Source: an uncultured delta proteobacterium
GTDB lineage: Bacteria > Myxococcota_A > Polyangia > Polyangiales > Houyiibacteriaceae
Reading direction: 5' to 3'
NCBI GenBank assembly: GCA_963712235.1
Contig: CAVQHC010000007.1
Location: 221,144 to 285,143 of the forward strand
Length of the DNA: 64,000 bases
The notes beneath the pieces are model-generated. The model was not told the DNA's origin and did no database searches. It saw only the letters and a list, made by a program, of their open reading frames with translations. Both the position numbers and the translations under genes were made by a program. Position 1 is the first letter of the stretch; the number at the start of each line of letters is the position of its first letter. Below, one piece after another: positions 9,351 to 18,499 of the stretch.

Positions 9351-9392
9351 CCGCCACTGTCACCGCCACCCCGGAGATGCTACGGACCCCGC

Positions 9393-10034
9393 ATGATCAT
9401 CGAGCATTTCTCCGTCGCGCCGCTCGGGTGCAACTGCGTGATTCTTGGCGACGAAGAACGGGGGACGGGGATTGTCGTCGATCCGGGGGGCGAAGCACCT
9501 AGGATTCTTGCGCGCCTCGAAGAGCTCGGCCTCAAATGCGAAGGGATCGTCCACACGCACACTCACTTCGATCACATCGGCGCGACCAAAGAGGTTCAAG
9601 ACGGGACCAATGCGCCGATCATGATTCACGAAGACGATCTGTTCCTCTATGAAGGCGTGCAGATGCAGCTCGATGGTTTCCGGGCCCCGTTCCGCGCACC
9701 AGAAATGGCGGCCGTCGACCGCTTTCTTTCTGATGGCGATACCGTCTTGGCGGGCGGGCTCGAGGCAGACGTCGTTCACACGCCCGGGCACTCGCCGGGC
9801 AGTATTTGCCTCACTTTGGAAGGCGATCGACCCCTCGTCATCGCGGGCGACACCCTCTTCGCCCGGAGTGTCGGTCGCAGCGACCTGTGGGGCGGCAACA
9901 CGTCGCAGCTCGTCGACTCGATCAAACGCAAGCTCTTCGCCTTGCCAGACGAAACCCTGGTGATCTGCGGCCACGGCCCCAACACGACGATCGGCGAAGA
10001 GCGCCGCTTGAACCCGTTCGTCGGCGGCGCTTAG
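9393..10034 (+). CDS. MBL-fold metallo-hydrolase (glyoxalase II-like)
   Basis: 213-aa product starting MIIEHFSV, with HTHTHFDHIG (HxHxDH) and a downstream HTPGHSPG motif. Confidence 0.85.
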   Translation: MIIEHFSVAPLGCNCVILGDEERGTGIVVDPGGEAPRILARLEELGLKCEGIVHTHTHFDHIGATKEVQDGTNAPIMIHEDDLFLYEGVQMQLDGFRAPFRAPEMAAVDRFLSDGDTVLAGGLEADVVHTPGHSPGSICLTLEGDRPLVIAGDTLFARSVGRSDLWGGNTSQLVDSIKRKLFALPDETLVICGHGPNTTIGEERRLNPFVGGA

Positions 10035-10723
10035 GCGTCGTCCCAGAGCCTCAAGGCACCGCGAAGCCCTTCTGCCAGGGTGAAGATGCGGACGTTCCTG
10101 GGAAGGTCGGATTGAATGTTTCGGGCATTGCCCCCCCCGAGGTGAAGCCGATCATAGTTGAAGATCGGCTCGATTTGCTCGATCGCGTCGAGGACGCGCG
10201 CCGTCCATTCGACCCGGCCGATGCGCTTGAGCTCGCTGTCGCGCACGAGGTCTTCGTACGTTTTCCCGTCCCGAAAGGGATGGTGCCCAAGCTCGAGGTT
10301 TGGAACGAGCGCGCCATCGGTAAACAGCGCCGCACCCATTCCGGTTCCAAGGGTCAACACCAGCTCGACGCCATCGCCTTGGACGACACCGAGCCCCTGA
10401 AGGTCGACGTCGTTGACCGCGCGCACGGGGAGTTCGAGGCGATAGCCCAACTTCTCGCTCAACGGAACGCGATTCCAGAGCTCGTCTCCGAGATTCGGCG
10501 CGTTCCACGTCACCCCGTCTTTGACCACCCCGGGGAAACCGACCGAAACTCGCCGATGGGGCGGCAAGGTGCCGGCCATGTCGTGAATCAGGGTGAAGAG
10601 GGCCTCCGGACTCGCGGGCACGGGAGTGGGTCGGGCTAAGGTTTCCGATATGGTCTCGCCCTGTTCATCGAGCACGAGGAGCTTGAGGCTCATTCCGCCG
10701 ATGTCGATCGCAAGCGTCGTCAT
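10031..10723 (-). CDS. ROK family sugar kinase, polyphosphate-glucokinase-like
   Basis: AIDIGG phosphate-1 motif and [10 protein letters not shown] motif. About 230 aa, as in PPGK-type ROK kinases. Its start overlaps the pgi stop (ATGA). Confidence 0.7.
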   Translation of the reverse strand: MTTLAIDIGGMSLKLLVLDEQGETISETLARPTPVPASPEALFTLIHDMAGTLPPHRRVSVGFPGVVKDGVTWNAPNLGDELWNRVPLSEKLGYRLELPVRAVNDVDLQGLGVVQGDGVELVLTLGTGMGAALFTDGALVPNLELGHHPFRDGKTYEDLVRDSELKRIGRVEWTARVLDAIEQIEPIFNYDRLHLGGGNARNIQSDLPRNVRIFTLAEGLRGALRLWDDA

Positions 10724-12369
10724 TGGTCGGGATTCTTGTGGCTTCGGTAGTACGAAATCAACTGATCGGTGGAGCCATCATGCTGCCCGTCCGCTCCGCT
10801 GAGCTCGGGAAGAATTACCTTGGCGAGCTGCTTACCGAGCTCGACGCCGAACTGATCGAAGCTGTAGATGTTCCAAATGACGCCCTGCACGAAGATCTTG
10901 TGCTCGTAGAGTGCGATCAATCGGCCAAGCGCTCGAGGCGTGAGCCGTTCGACCATGAAGGTGTTGCTCGGACGGTTGCCTGCAAAGGTCTTGTGCGGGA
11001 CCAGCTCTTTGGCCCGCTCCGCGGAAGCACCGCTTGCGTCGAGCTCCGCACGGGCTTCGCCAGAAGTCTTGCCGCGCATCATCGCTTCGGCCTGAGCAAT
11101 GCAATTGGCCACGAGGATGTCCTGGTGCTCGCCAAGCGGATTCTGGCTCTGCGCCGCTACGATGAAGTCGCAAGGAACCAGATGCGTTCCCTGGTGTAGA
11201 AGCTGAAAGAACGCGTGCTGGCCGTTCGTGCCCGGTTCACCCCAGACGATGGGACCCGTCGTGTACCCGTCGATGATTGTCCCATCCCGCGACGCACTCT
11301 TGCCGTTGCTCTCCATGTCGGCCTGCTGAAGGTATGCCGGGAAGCGATGCAGATACTGATCGTACGGCAGCACCGCGTGCGAGGGTGCGCCAAAGAAATT
11401 GTGATACCAGACCCCGAGCATCGCCATGACCACGGGAATGTTCTCTCGGAGTGGAGCCGTTCGGCAGTGCTCGTCGACTTCGTACGCACCGGCGAGCAGC
11501 TCTTCGAAGTTGTCCATGCCGACGACGGTGGCAATCGAAAGACCGATGGCCGACCAAAGCGAGTACCGGCCGCCCACCCAATCCCAAAATTCGAACATGT
11601 TTTCCGGGTCGATTCCAAACTCCACAACCGCATCGCGATTGGTCGAAAGCGCGACGAAGTGTTTTGCCACGGCTTCTTCGGTGCCGAGTCGGTCGACGAG
11701 CCATTGACGTGCAGAGCGGGCGTTCGTGAGCGTCTCTTGCGTGGTGAAGGTCTTGGAGGCCACTATGAAAAGCGTGGTTTCAGGCTGCACCCGGCGCAGC
11801 ACCTCGCTCAGGTGGCTGCTGTCCACATTCGATACGAAGTGCGCGCGGAGGCCCTGCTTCCAGTAGGGGCGCAGCGCCTCGGTGACCATCACAGGACCGA
11901 GATCGGAGCCTCCGATTCCAATGTTCACGACGTCCGTGATCGCGCGCCCGCTGTGCCCCAGCCAAGCTCCTTCTCGAACCGAAACGGCGAACGTGCGCAT
12001 CTGCGAGAGCACGCGCCGGACGTCCGGCATCACGTCTACACCTCCGACGAGCACCGGGCGCTCGCCGCGATTGCGAAGAGCGGTATGAAGAACCGCCCTC
12101 CCCTCCGTTTCGTTGATCGCCTCGCCTGAAAACATGCGAGCGATCCAATCGCGCACACCGCACTGCTCGCAGAGCTCGGTGAGCAAGGTGAGCGTTTGAT
12201 CGGTGACGCGATTCTTGGAGTAGTCGAAGAGAAGGTCGCCGAGCATGAGCGAAAAACGCGATGCTCGTTCCGAATCCTCACTGAAGAGCTGACGCATCTC
12301 GAGGTCAGCTATTTCTTCGTGATGCGTGCGCAGTGCCTTCCAGGCAGAGGTTCGGCTCGGGTCGACCAT
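10720..12369 (-). CDS. pgi: glucose-6-phosphate isomerase
   Basis: 549-aa full-length match to bacterial PGI ([29 protein letters not shown]). Confidence 0.95.
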   Translation of the reverse strand: MVDPSRTSAWKALRTHHEEIADLEMRQLFSEDSERASRFSLMLGDLLFDYSKNRVTDQTLTLLTELCEQCGVRDWIARMFSGEAINETEGRAVLHTALRNRGERPVLVGGVDVMPDVRRVLSQMRTFAVSVREGAWLGHSGRAITDVVNIGIGGSDLGPVMVTEALRPYWKQGLRAHFVSNVDSSHLSEVLRRVQPETTLFIVASKTFTTQETLTNARSARQWLVDRLGTEEAVAKHFVALSTNRDAVVEFGIDPENMFEFWDWVGGRYSLWSAIGLSIATVVGMDNFEELLAGAYEVDEHCRTAPLRENIPVVMAMLGVWYHNFFGAPSHAVLPYDQYLHRFPAYLQQADMESNGKSASRDGTIIDGYTTGPIVWGEPGTNGQHAFFQLLHQGTHLVPCDFIVAAQSQNPLGEHQDILVANCIAQAEAMMRGKTSGEARAELDASGASAERAKELVPHKTFAGNRPSNTFMVERLTPRALGRLIALYEHKIFVQGVIWNIYSFDQFGVELGKQLAKVILPELSGADGQHDGSTDQLISYYRSHKNPDQ

Positions 12370-12394
12370 CGGACAATCCTAACCCCAGGAAGCC

Positions 12395-12431
12395 GCAAAG
12401 AGAAACCCCGCGAGCGAAACGCCAGCGGGGT
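12395..12431 (-). terminator. candidate rho-independent terminator downstream of the pyrophosphatase gene
   Basis: On the minus strand, an ACCCCGC / GCGGGGT stem (12405-12411 / 12425-12431) is followed by TTTCTCTTTG. Confidence 0.45.
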
Positions 12432-12494
12432 CTTCTCACGCATGCACGGGAGGCGAAGCCCGGTGGCCGATGCAAAACATCGGCTTTACCGGGG

Positions 12495-14580
12495 CTAGAC
12501 GAGCAGCGGCGCGAGAACGAGCGCCACGATGCTCATCAGCTTCACTAGGATGTTGAGCGACGGACCTGCGGTGTCCTTGAAGGGGTCACCGACGGTGTCA
12601 CCGACGACCGCGGCGTTATGAGCCTCGCTGCCCTTGGGGTGGACCGTGCCATCCGTCATCTTGTAACCGCCGCTTTCGAACGACTTCTTGGCGTTGTCCC
12701 AAGCGCCACCGGCGTTGGCCATGAAAAGCGCCATCGTCACGCCCGAGACGGTCACCCCGGCGAGCAAGCCGCCAAGCGGCTCTGCCCCCATCGCGAAACC
12801 AACGATCACCGGGGTGAGAATGGCAAGCGCACCCGGAGCAATCATGCGCTTGAGCGACGCCTCGGTGGAGATCTTCACGCAGCGAGCCGTGTCCGGCTTG
12901 GCTTTGCCCTCGAGCAGCCCCGGAATCTCACGGAACTGACGACGAACCTCTTCGATCATGTCCATCGCCGCGACGCCCACGGCCTTCATCGCCATCGACG
13001 AGAAGAGGAAGGGGAGCATGCCGCCGAGGAACAGGCCGGCCATGACGAGCGGCTTCGAGATGTCGATGCCGGTGATGCCTGCCGTCTGGGCGAACGCCGC
13101 GAAGAGCGCGAGAGCGGTCATGGCCGCGGAGCCAATGGCGAAGCCCTTTCCGATGGCCGCGGTGGTGTTGCCAACGGCGTCGAGCTTGTCGGTGCGCTCA
13201 CGAACTTGAGGCTCCTGATGGCTCATCTCGGCAATGCCGCCAGCGTTGTCGGCGATGGGGCCGTAGGCGTCCACTGCGAGCTGAATGCCGGTGGTCGAGA
13301 GCATGCCGAGTGCCGCGATCGCAACGCCGTAAAGGCCCGCGACCTCTGCCGCGACGACCACGCCCGCCGCGATGACGAGAATGGGCATGGCGGTCGACTG
13401 CATGCCGACGCCAAGACCCGCGATGATGTTCGTCGCGGTGCCGGTCTTGCTCTGCTCGGCAATGCTATCGACCGGACCCTTGTGCATCGAGGTGTAGTAC
13501 GAGGTGATGAGACCGACGAAGACGCCTGCGCGCAAGGCCGGCGACGGTCGCCCAGCCGACGTTGATCCAGGTCACGACCTTGGCCCGCCGCGTTCGTCGT
13601 GCCGCCTTCCGGCCACATGTAGTAGGCGATGCCAAAGGTCGCGAGGGCCATGACGCCCGCCGCACCAAACGCGCCTCTGTCGAGCGCATGCTGAGGGTTG
13701 CCGCCCTCTTTGGTGCGCACGAAGAAGGTGCCCACCATCGAGCAAAGGATGCCCGCGCCGGCGATGACCAGCGGCATGATGACCGGGCCGACACTGCTCT
13801 CCGCTGTTCACAGCGACGAAGCCGAGCGCCAAGACCATCGCGCCGATGATCGCACCGACGAAGGACTCGAAAAGGTCGGCGCCCATGCCGGCGACGTCAC
13901 CGACGTTGTCACCGACGTTGTCTGCGATGACGGCAGGGTTACGGGGGTCATCCTCGGGAAGACCGGACTCGACCTTGCCGACGAGGTCGGCGCCGACGTC
14001 CGCGGCCTTGGTGTAGATGCCGCCGCCGACACGCGCGAAGAGCGCGATCGAGGAGGCACCCATCGAGAAACCGGTGATGACGTTGACGGTGCGGGTGAGC
14101 TCCCAGCCGAGAACGTTCATTGAAGACGAGGTAGAGCACGCTGAGACCGATGGTCGCGAGACCGACGACCGTCATGCCCATGACGGTGCCGCCGGAGAAC
14201 GCAACGTCGAGCGCCGGAGATAGGCCGATTCGAGCCGCCGCCGTGGTTCGCACGTTGGCATTGGTCGCGACCTTCATGCCGATCCAGCCCGCTGCAGCCG
14301 AGGAGGCCGCGCCGACGACGAAGGCGCCCGCGATCTGCCAGCCGCGCTCTGGGTCACCGAAGTAGGCAACGCCCAGAATCGCGCCGACGACGAGCACGAA
14401 GATCGAGAGGACGCGGTACTCCGCCCGAAGGAACGCCAGGGCGCCTTCCTGAATCTGGCCTGCGATTTCGACCATGGTGGCGTCGCCAGGATCTTGCTTC
14501 GAAACCCAATTCGCCTTCATCCAGGCGAAGATCAGAGCAAGCACGCCCGCTGCTGGGGCTGCGTAAATCAGATTTTGCAT
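12495..14580 (-). pseudogene. hppA: membrane-bound H+/Na+-translocating pyrophosphatase, reading frame broken four times
   Basis: Five consecutive ORF pieces (14580-, 14120-, 13777-, 13794- and 13535-frames) together give a colinear PPase sequence. It includes [26 protein letters not shown] and DNVGDNVGD. Frame changes lie near 14118-14124, 13790-13805, 13578-13591 and 13531-13542. Confidence 0.85.
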
Positions 14581-14708
14581 ATCCGGTGAACCTCTATTCG
14601 CGCCCGACCCCGGTTAAATGCTGGCGGGCGGCGCGTTTCTACAAGATTTCGAAATTAGGTCAAACGCAGCGGGGCCGCTTCGGTCAGAGGCCTGGAATTA
14701 CAGCGAAA

Positions 14709-15638
14709 TCAGGCGCTGTGGACTTCCGCGACGGCGTCTCTGGCCGCAGCGAAGTCCGACGGGCCCTGGACGCTGACCCGGCCCGCGCGCTTGTCGATCC
14801 GAACCAAAAGGCCGCTCAAGACCCTTCCGGGACCCACTTCGACGAAAAGCGAAACACCGTCGTCGATCATTTTTCGGACCGTCTCTTCCCAGAGCACGGG
14901 TCGGCTCACCTGCCGGATCAGCGCGTCCTTTGCGGAGGCGGAATCACGGATGGGCTTGGCGTCCACATTGACGTACACCGGCACTCGAGGATCCGAGAAT
15001 GCGATCTGTTCGATGTCGGCGCGAAGCCGCGCTTCGGCGGGCTCCATCAAGCTGGAGTGAAACGGCGCGCTGACCGGGAGGGTGCTCGCCCGGGCGCCGG
15101 CGGCTTTGAGCTTCGTACCGGCCTCGCTCACTGCGGACGTCTCGCCGGCGATGACGATTTGCTGGGGCGAGTTGTAGTTGACCGCCTCGACCAGGCCGGG
15201 GACCTCGGCGCAGATGCGTTCGACGAGCCCGCGATCGGCCTTGAGCACCGCCGCCATCGAGCCTTCGCCGTAGGGCACGGCCTCCTGCATGTACTCGCCG
15301 CGCTTTCGAACGAGTCGTACCGCATCGGCGAGCGGGAGCGTGCCCGCTGCGACGTGCGCGGAGTACTCCCCGAGGCTGTGTCCGGCCACGACGTCGAAGG
15401 GCGCATCGAGCGCGCGCAGGATTGCGATCGATGCGGTCAGAACCGCGGGCTGGGTATTCGAGGTGAGCTTCAGAGCATCCTCGGGGCCCTCGAAACAGAG
15501 CTGGGAGAGGCTTTCTCCGAGCGCCTCATCGGCTTCTTCAAAGACGGCGCGCGCAGCAGCGGACGCCTCGAAGGCTTCACGCCCCATGCCGACTTTTTGG
15601 CTGCCTTGACCCGGGAAAACGAATGCGACCTTGCCCAT
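14709..15638 (-). CDS. fabD: ACP S-malonyltransferase
   Basis: Starts MGKVAFVFPGQGSQ, with the GHSLGEY active-site motif. The ORF-track start at 15704 is judged an over-extension. Confidence 0.9.
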   Translation of the reverse strand: MGKVAFVFPGQGSQKVGMGREAFEASAAARAVFEEADEALGESLSQLCFEGPEDALKLTSNTQPAVLTASIAILRALDAPFDVVAGHSLGEYSAHVAAGTLPLADAVRLVRKRGEYMQEAVPYGEGSMAAVLKADRGLVERICAEVPGLVEAVNYNSPQQIVIAGETSAVSEAGTKLKAAGARASTLPVSAPFHSSLMEPAEARLRADIEQIAFSDPRVPVYVNVDAKPIRDSASAKDALIRQVSRPVLWEETVRKMIDDGVSLFVEVGPGRVLSGLLVRIDKRAGRVSVQGPSDFAAARDAVAEVHSA

Positions 15639-15675
15639 GGGCTGGCGGCATAGCACGATCTGAAAAGGGGATCGC

Positions 15676-16140
15676 TTGGAAGAAGAGCCAAACGCAGAAG
15701 ACACAGAACACCTGAGCGCGCTTTCGATCGGTCATTTCATCTTGGCCGGGGTCGCCCTGCTCGGGGGGATTCCAACACTGATGTTTGGGGTCGCCGGCGC
15801 GAAGCTCATCGATGAGGTTGGAAGCGATCTCGGGATGGCAATGGGTGACGTCCCGGGACAAGCCCTCACCGACGCATTCGGAGCCAGCCCCGAGGCGATG
15901 GCGCAGGACCTCAACACCCTCATCACGACGATGATCGTCGGCGGGCTCCTCATCACCCTCATCAGCGCCGTGCACCTCGCCGTCGTCGGAGTCCAAATCC
16001 GCAAGCGCCGCTGGTGGACGTTCTGCTACCTCACGGGCTGGGGTGAATGCCTCATGTTTCCCTTTGGCACCGTCCTCGGCATCTTCACGATCATCGTCCT
16101 TGCGCGACCCTCCGTGAAGCGGCTCTTCGGTCTGCGCTGA
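15676..16140 (+). CDS. hypothetical membrane protein
   Basis: 154-aa ORF with about four hydrophobic helices. TTG start preceded by AAAGGGG. No family recognised. Confidence 0.5.
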   Translation: MEEEPNAEDTEHLSALSIGHFILAGVALLGGIPTLMFGVAGAKLIDEVGSDLGMAMGDVPGQALTDAFGASPEAMAQDLNTLITTMIVGGLLITLISAVHLAVVGVQIRKRRWWTFCYLTGWGECLMFPFGTVLGIFTIIVLARPSVKRLFGLR

Positions 16141-16205
16141 CCGTCGTGGCGATTGACAAGCGTCCTGCCCGGCCGTACCGAGAGGGCTGGAGTGGAGGCG
16201 CTGCG

Positions 16206-16460
16206 ATGCTTGAAGCCGAGGTCTTGGAACAGCGAATTCGTGACGGTCTCGGAGAGGTCTCCCATTTGGTGATCACCGACCTGACTGGCACCAGAGACCA
16301 TTGGGAGGCCCTCGTCGTCTCGTCGGCTTTTACGGGAAAAAGCCCCATCGAACAGCACCAAATGGTCTACGCTGCCCTCGGCGAGCTAATGGCCGGGCCG
16401 GTCCACGCACTTGCGCTCAAGACCTACTCGCCCGAGAATTGGGCCAAGGCAGAGGGATAA
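16206..16460 (+). CDS. BolA family protein
   Basis: 84-aa product. BolA-like length, the conserved H near IEQHQMVY, and a position immediately upstream of the monothiol glutaredoxin. Confidence 0.8.
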   Translation: MLEAEVLEQRIRDGLGEVSHLVITDLTGTRDHWEALVVSSAFTGKSPIEQHQMVYAALGELMAGPVHALALKTYSPENWAKAEG

Positions 16461-16463
16461 ACG

Positions 16464-16784
16464 ATGGAAGATACCTTGCGAGACCGGATTCAGGGCATCA
16501 TCGACGGAAATGACGTCGTGCTCTTCATGAAGGGCAATAAGAATTTCCCGCAGTGCGGCTTCTCCGCAACCGTGGTCGAGGTTCTGCGGCGCTCCGGCTC
16601 CGAGTTCCAAGATGTGAACGTTCTCGAAGACCCGGCCATCCGGCAGGGAATCAAGGAGTTCGCCAACTGGCCAACGATCCCGCAGCTTTACGTCCGCGGT
16701 AAGTTCGTCGGCGGCTGTGACATCATTCGTGAGATGTACGAGAAGGGTGAACTCGAAGCCCTGCTTTCTGCTAAAGAAAGCTGA
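16464..16784 (+). CDS. grxD: monothiol glutaredoxin (Grx4 family)
   Basis: CGFS active site ([10 protein letters not shown]), WPTIPQLYV and GGCDI motifs. Confidence 0.9.
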   Translation: MEDTLRDRIQGIIDGNDVVLFMKGNKNFPQCGFSATVVEVLRRSGSEFQDVNVLEDPAIRQGIKEFANWPTIPQLYVRGKFVGGCDIIREMYEKGELEALLSAKES

Positions 16785-16802
16785 GGGTTCAGCCACCCTC
16801 CT

Positions 16803-17849
16803 ATGGTGGAACTTCTTGGCGGAAAATACGAAGTCCTAGAGCTCGCCGGCGAAGGCGGGATGGCCAAGGTGTATCGCGGGCAGACGCACGGGGCCGCCGG
16901 CTTCACCCGGCCGGTCGCTATCAAACGCGTGCTGGCGCCGCTCAGTCAGAACCCCGAGTTCCTCAAAATGTTCGTCGAAGAGGCACGCGTGGTCTCCGAG
17001 CTCGATCACCCGAACATCGCGCAGATCCATGACTTCGATCGGGATCGCAGCGGCGAGTACTATCTGGTTCTCGAATGGGTCGAAGGCCTGACGCTTTCCG
17101 AATGGCGTCGAGGCTATCGGGCACACGGACACCACACGCCCTGGAGCCTGACCGCGGCGATCGGCATCGAAGTCCTCGAGGCCCTTCACGCGGCGCATGC
17201 GCGGCTGGACTCGTCAGGCCGCCCGGCCCCAGTCTTTCATCGTGACGTCACGCCTCAGAACGTGATGTTGAGTAACTGCGGCGTCGTAAAGCTGACCGAT
17301 TTCGGCCTCGCCCGCGCGATGGACCGCAGCTCGATCACGAAGCCCGGTTTCGTGAAGGGCAAGATTTCCTATCTGGCGCCCGAGCTGACCTACGAAGCGG
17401 AACCGAGCGCGCAAACCGACGTCTTCAGCGTCGGCGTCGTGCTCTGGGAGATTCTCGCGGGCGAGAAGCTTTTCAAGGGAGAGGACCCGCTCAAAGTCCT
17501 CGGGACGATCCGCGAGTCTGACGCACCCGACCTCGCGCAGATTCGCGACGACCTGCCCGAGCGTCTTCTCGAAATCATCCGCAGGGCTCTTCGGCGAAAC
17601 CCGATCGAACGCTACGCCTCGAGCCGCGACATGGCGCGCGAGCTCGCGATGCTTCTGCGCGGGACCGACGAGGTCACCGACTCCCACGTGATCGCGCAAA
17701 GCGTGCGATGGGCCTCCGCGCAACTAGAGCGCGCACAGCTCAGCGAGCCGCCAACGAAGCCGTTCGCCGCGCAGAACGCGCTCGCCGAGGCCGACTCGGC
17801 CGAGCAAACCCTTCCCGACACCAGTATCCCGCTCACCCGGCGAAAATAG
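16803..17849 (+). CDS. Hanks-type serine/threonine protein kinase (kinase domain with short tail)
   Basis: GEGGMAKVY glycine loop, AIK lysine, HRDVTPQN catalytic loop, DFGLA and APE motifs. Confidence 0.85.
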   Translation: MVELLGGKYEVLELAGEGGMAKVYRGQTHGAAGFTRPVAIKRVLAPLSQNPEFLKMFVEEARVVSELDHPNIAQIHDFDRDRSGEYYLVLEWVEGLTLSEWRRGYRAHGHHTPWSLTAAIGIEVLEALHAAHARLDSSGRPAPVFHRDVTPQNVMLSNCGVVKLTDFGLARAMDRSSITKPGFVKGKISYLAPELTYEAEPSAQTDVFSVGVVLWEILAGEKLFKGEDPLKVLGTIRESDAPDLAQIRDDLPERLLEIIRRALRRNPIERYASSRDMARELAMLLRGTDEVTDSHVIAQSVRWASAQLERAQLSEPPTKPFAAQNALAEADSAEQTLPDTSIPLTRRK

Positions 17850-17852
17850 TCG

Positions 17853-18413
17853 CTACAAGAGGTTGAACCCCAGGCCTGCCGCCACCGAAAGCGCGACGAA
17901 AGGCGGGGTCATCCCGATGACGGCGGCGATCATGTAGTCGCGGAAGGTCACGCCGGACATGGCCAGCGTGTAGTTCACCGGGGGGATCGCCCAGAGGAAA
18001 AGGCGGATGACGATCATCGAGCGAATGGGCTGCTGCTCCAGGCGGTCCAGGGGCTTTTGCAGAAACGGGCGCTTGATGTTGATGTTCTTGAGGGGCTGAC
18101 CACCAATCGTGCGGACGATGAAGAACGAAACGGCAACCGACACGCTGGCCGCTATCACCGAGGCGAGAGAGCCCCACAGCGGACCGTAGGCAAGCCCGGA
18201 CACCATGACGAACACGAAGCCCGGGATGTAGAGCAGCTGGCCCACGCAGAAGACCGCGACGAAAACGGCAAAGCCACCCACCCCGGCGGTCCGCATCGAT
18301 TCGCGAATGCCATCGACGGTGAGCTGGTCCGTGAAACCGGTCGCCCTGCCTATCAAGTACACGCCAATCAAGAACGCAGCCAGAAGCGCGAGTCGAACCC
18401 AGGTGTTGCTCAC
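17853..18413 (-). CDS. TVP38/TMEM64 (DedA-related) family membrane protein
   Basis: 186-aa polytopic ORF. The pattern ...GLAYG... and FRDYMIAAVIGMTPP is typical of the family. Confidence 0.7.
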   Translation of the reverse strand: MSNTWVRLALLAAFLIGVYLIGRATGFTDQLTVDGIRESMRTAGVGGFAVFVAVFCVGQLLYIPGFVFVMVSGLAYGPLWGSLASVIAASVSVAVSFFIVRTIGGQPLKNINIKRPFLQKPLDRLEQQPIRSMIVIRLFLWAIPPVNYTLAMSGVTFRDYMIAAVIGMTPPFVALSVAAGLGFNLL

Positions 18414-18499
18414 GGCCCGCAGTAAGCCACAGCGACGCCTACAAGACCAGGGGTGAAGCCCCGCGGTCGACTCAAAGCGTCGACTTTACGGGGTCGACT

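Noticed and set aside
7859-9392. Long ORFs crossing repeat copy A: 7859-9349 (+), the 8627-9265 extension of the ppnP ORF (-), and the 8874-9392 part of the MBL ORF (+). They translate to Arg/Gly/Pro-rich repeats such as [12 protein letters not shown]...DYGWGWAG.
   Set aside because: The two tandem units are read in different frames within the same ORF, because a 1-nt loop indel separates them. Variation between copies follows hairpin pairing rather than codon structure, and the composition is low-complexity. The real genes start at 8626 and 9393.
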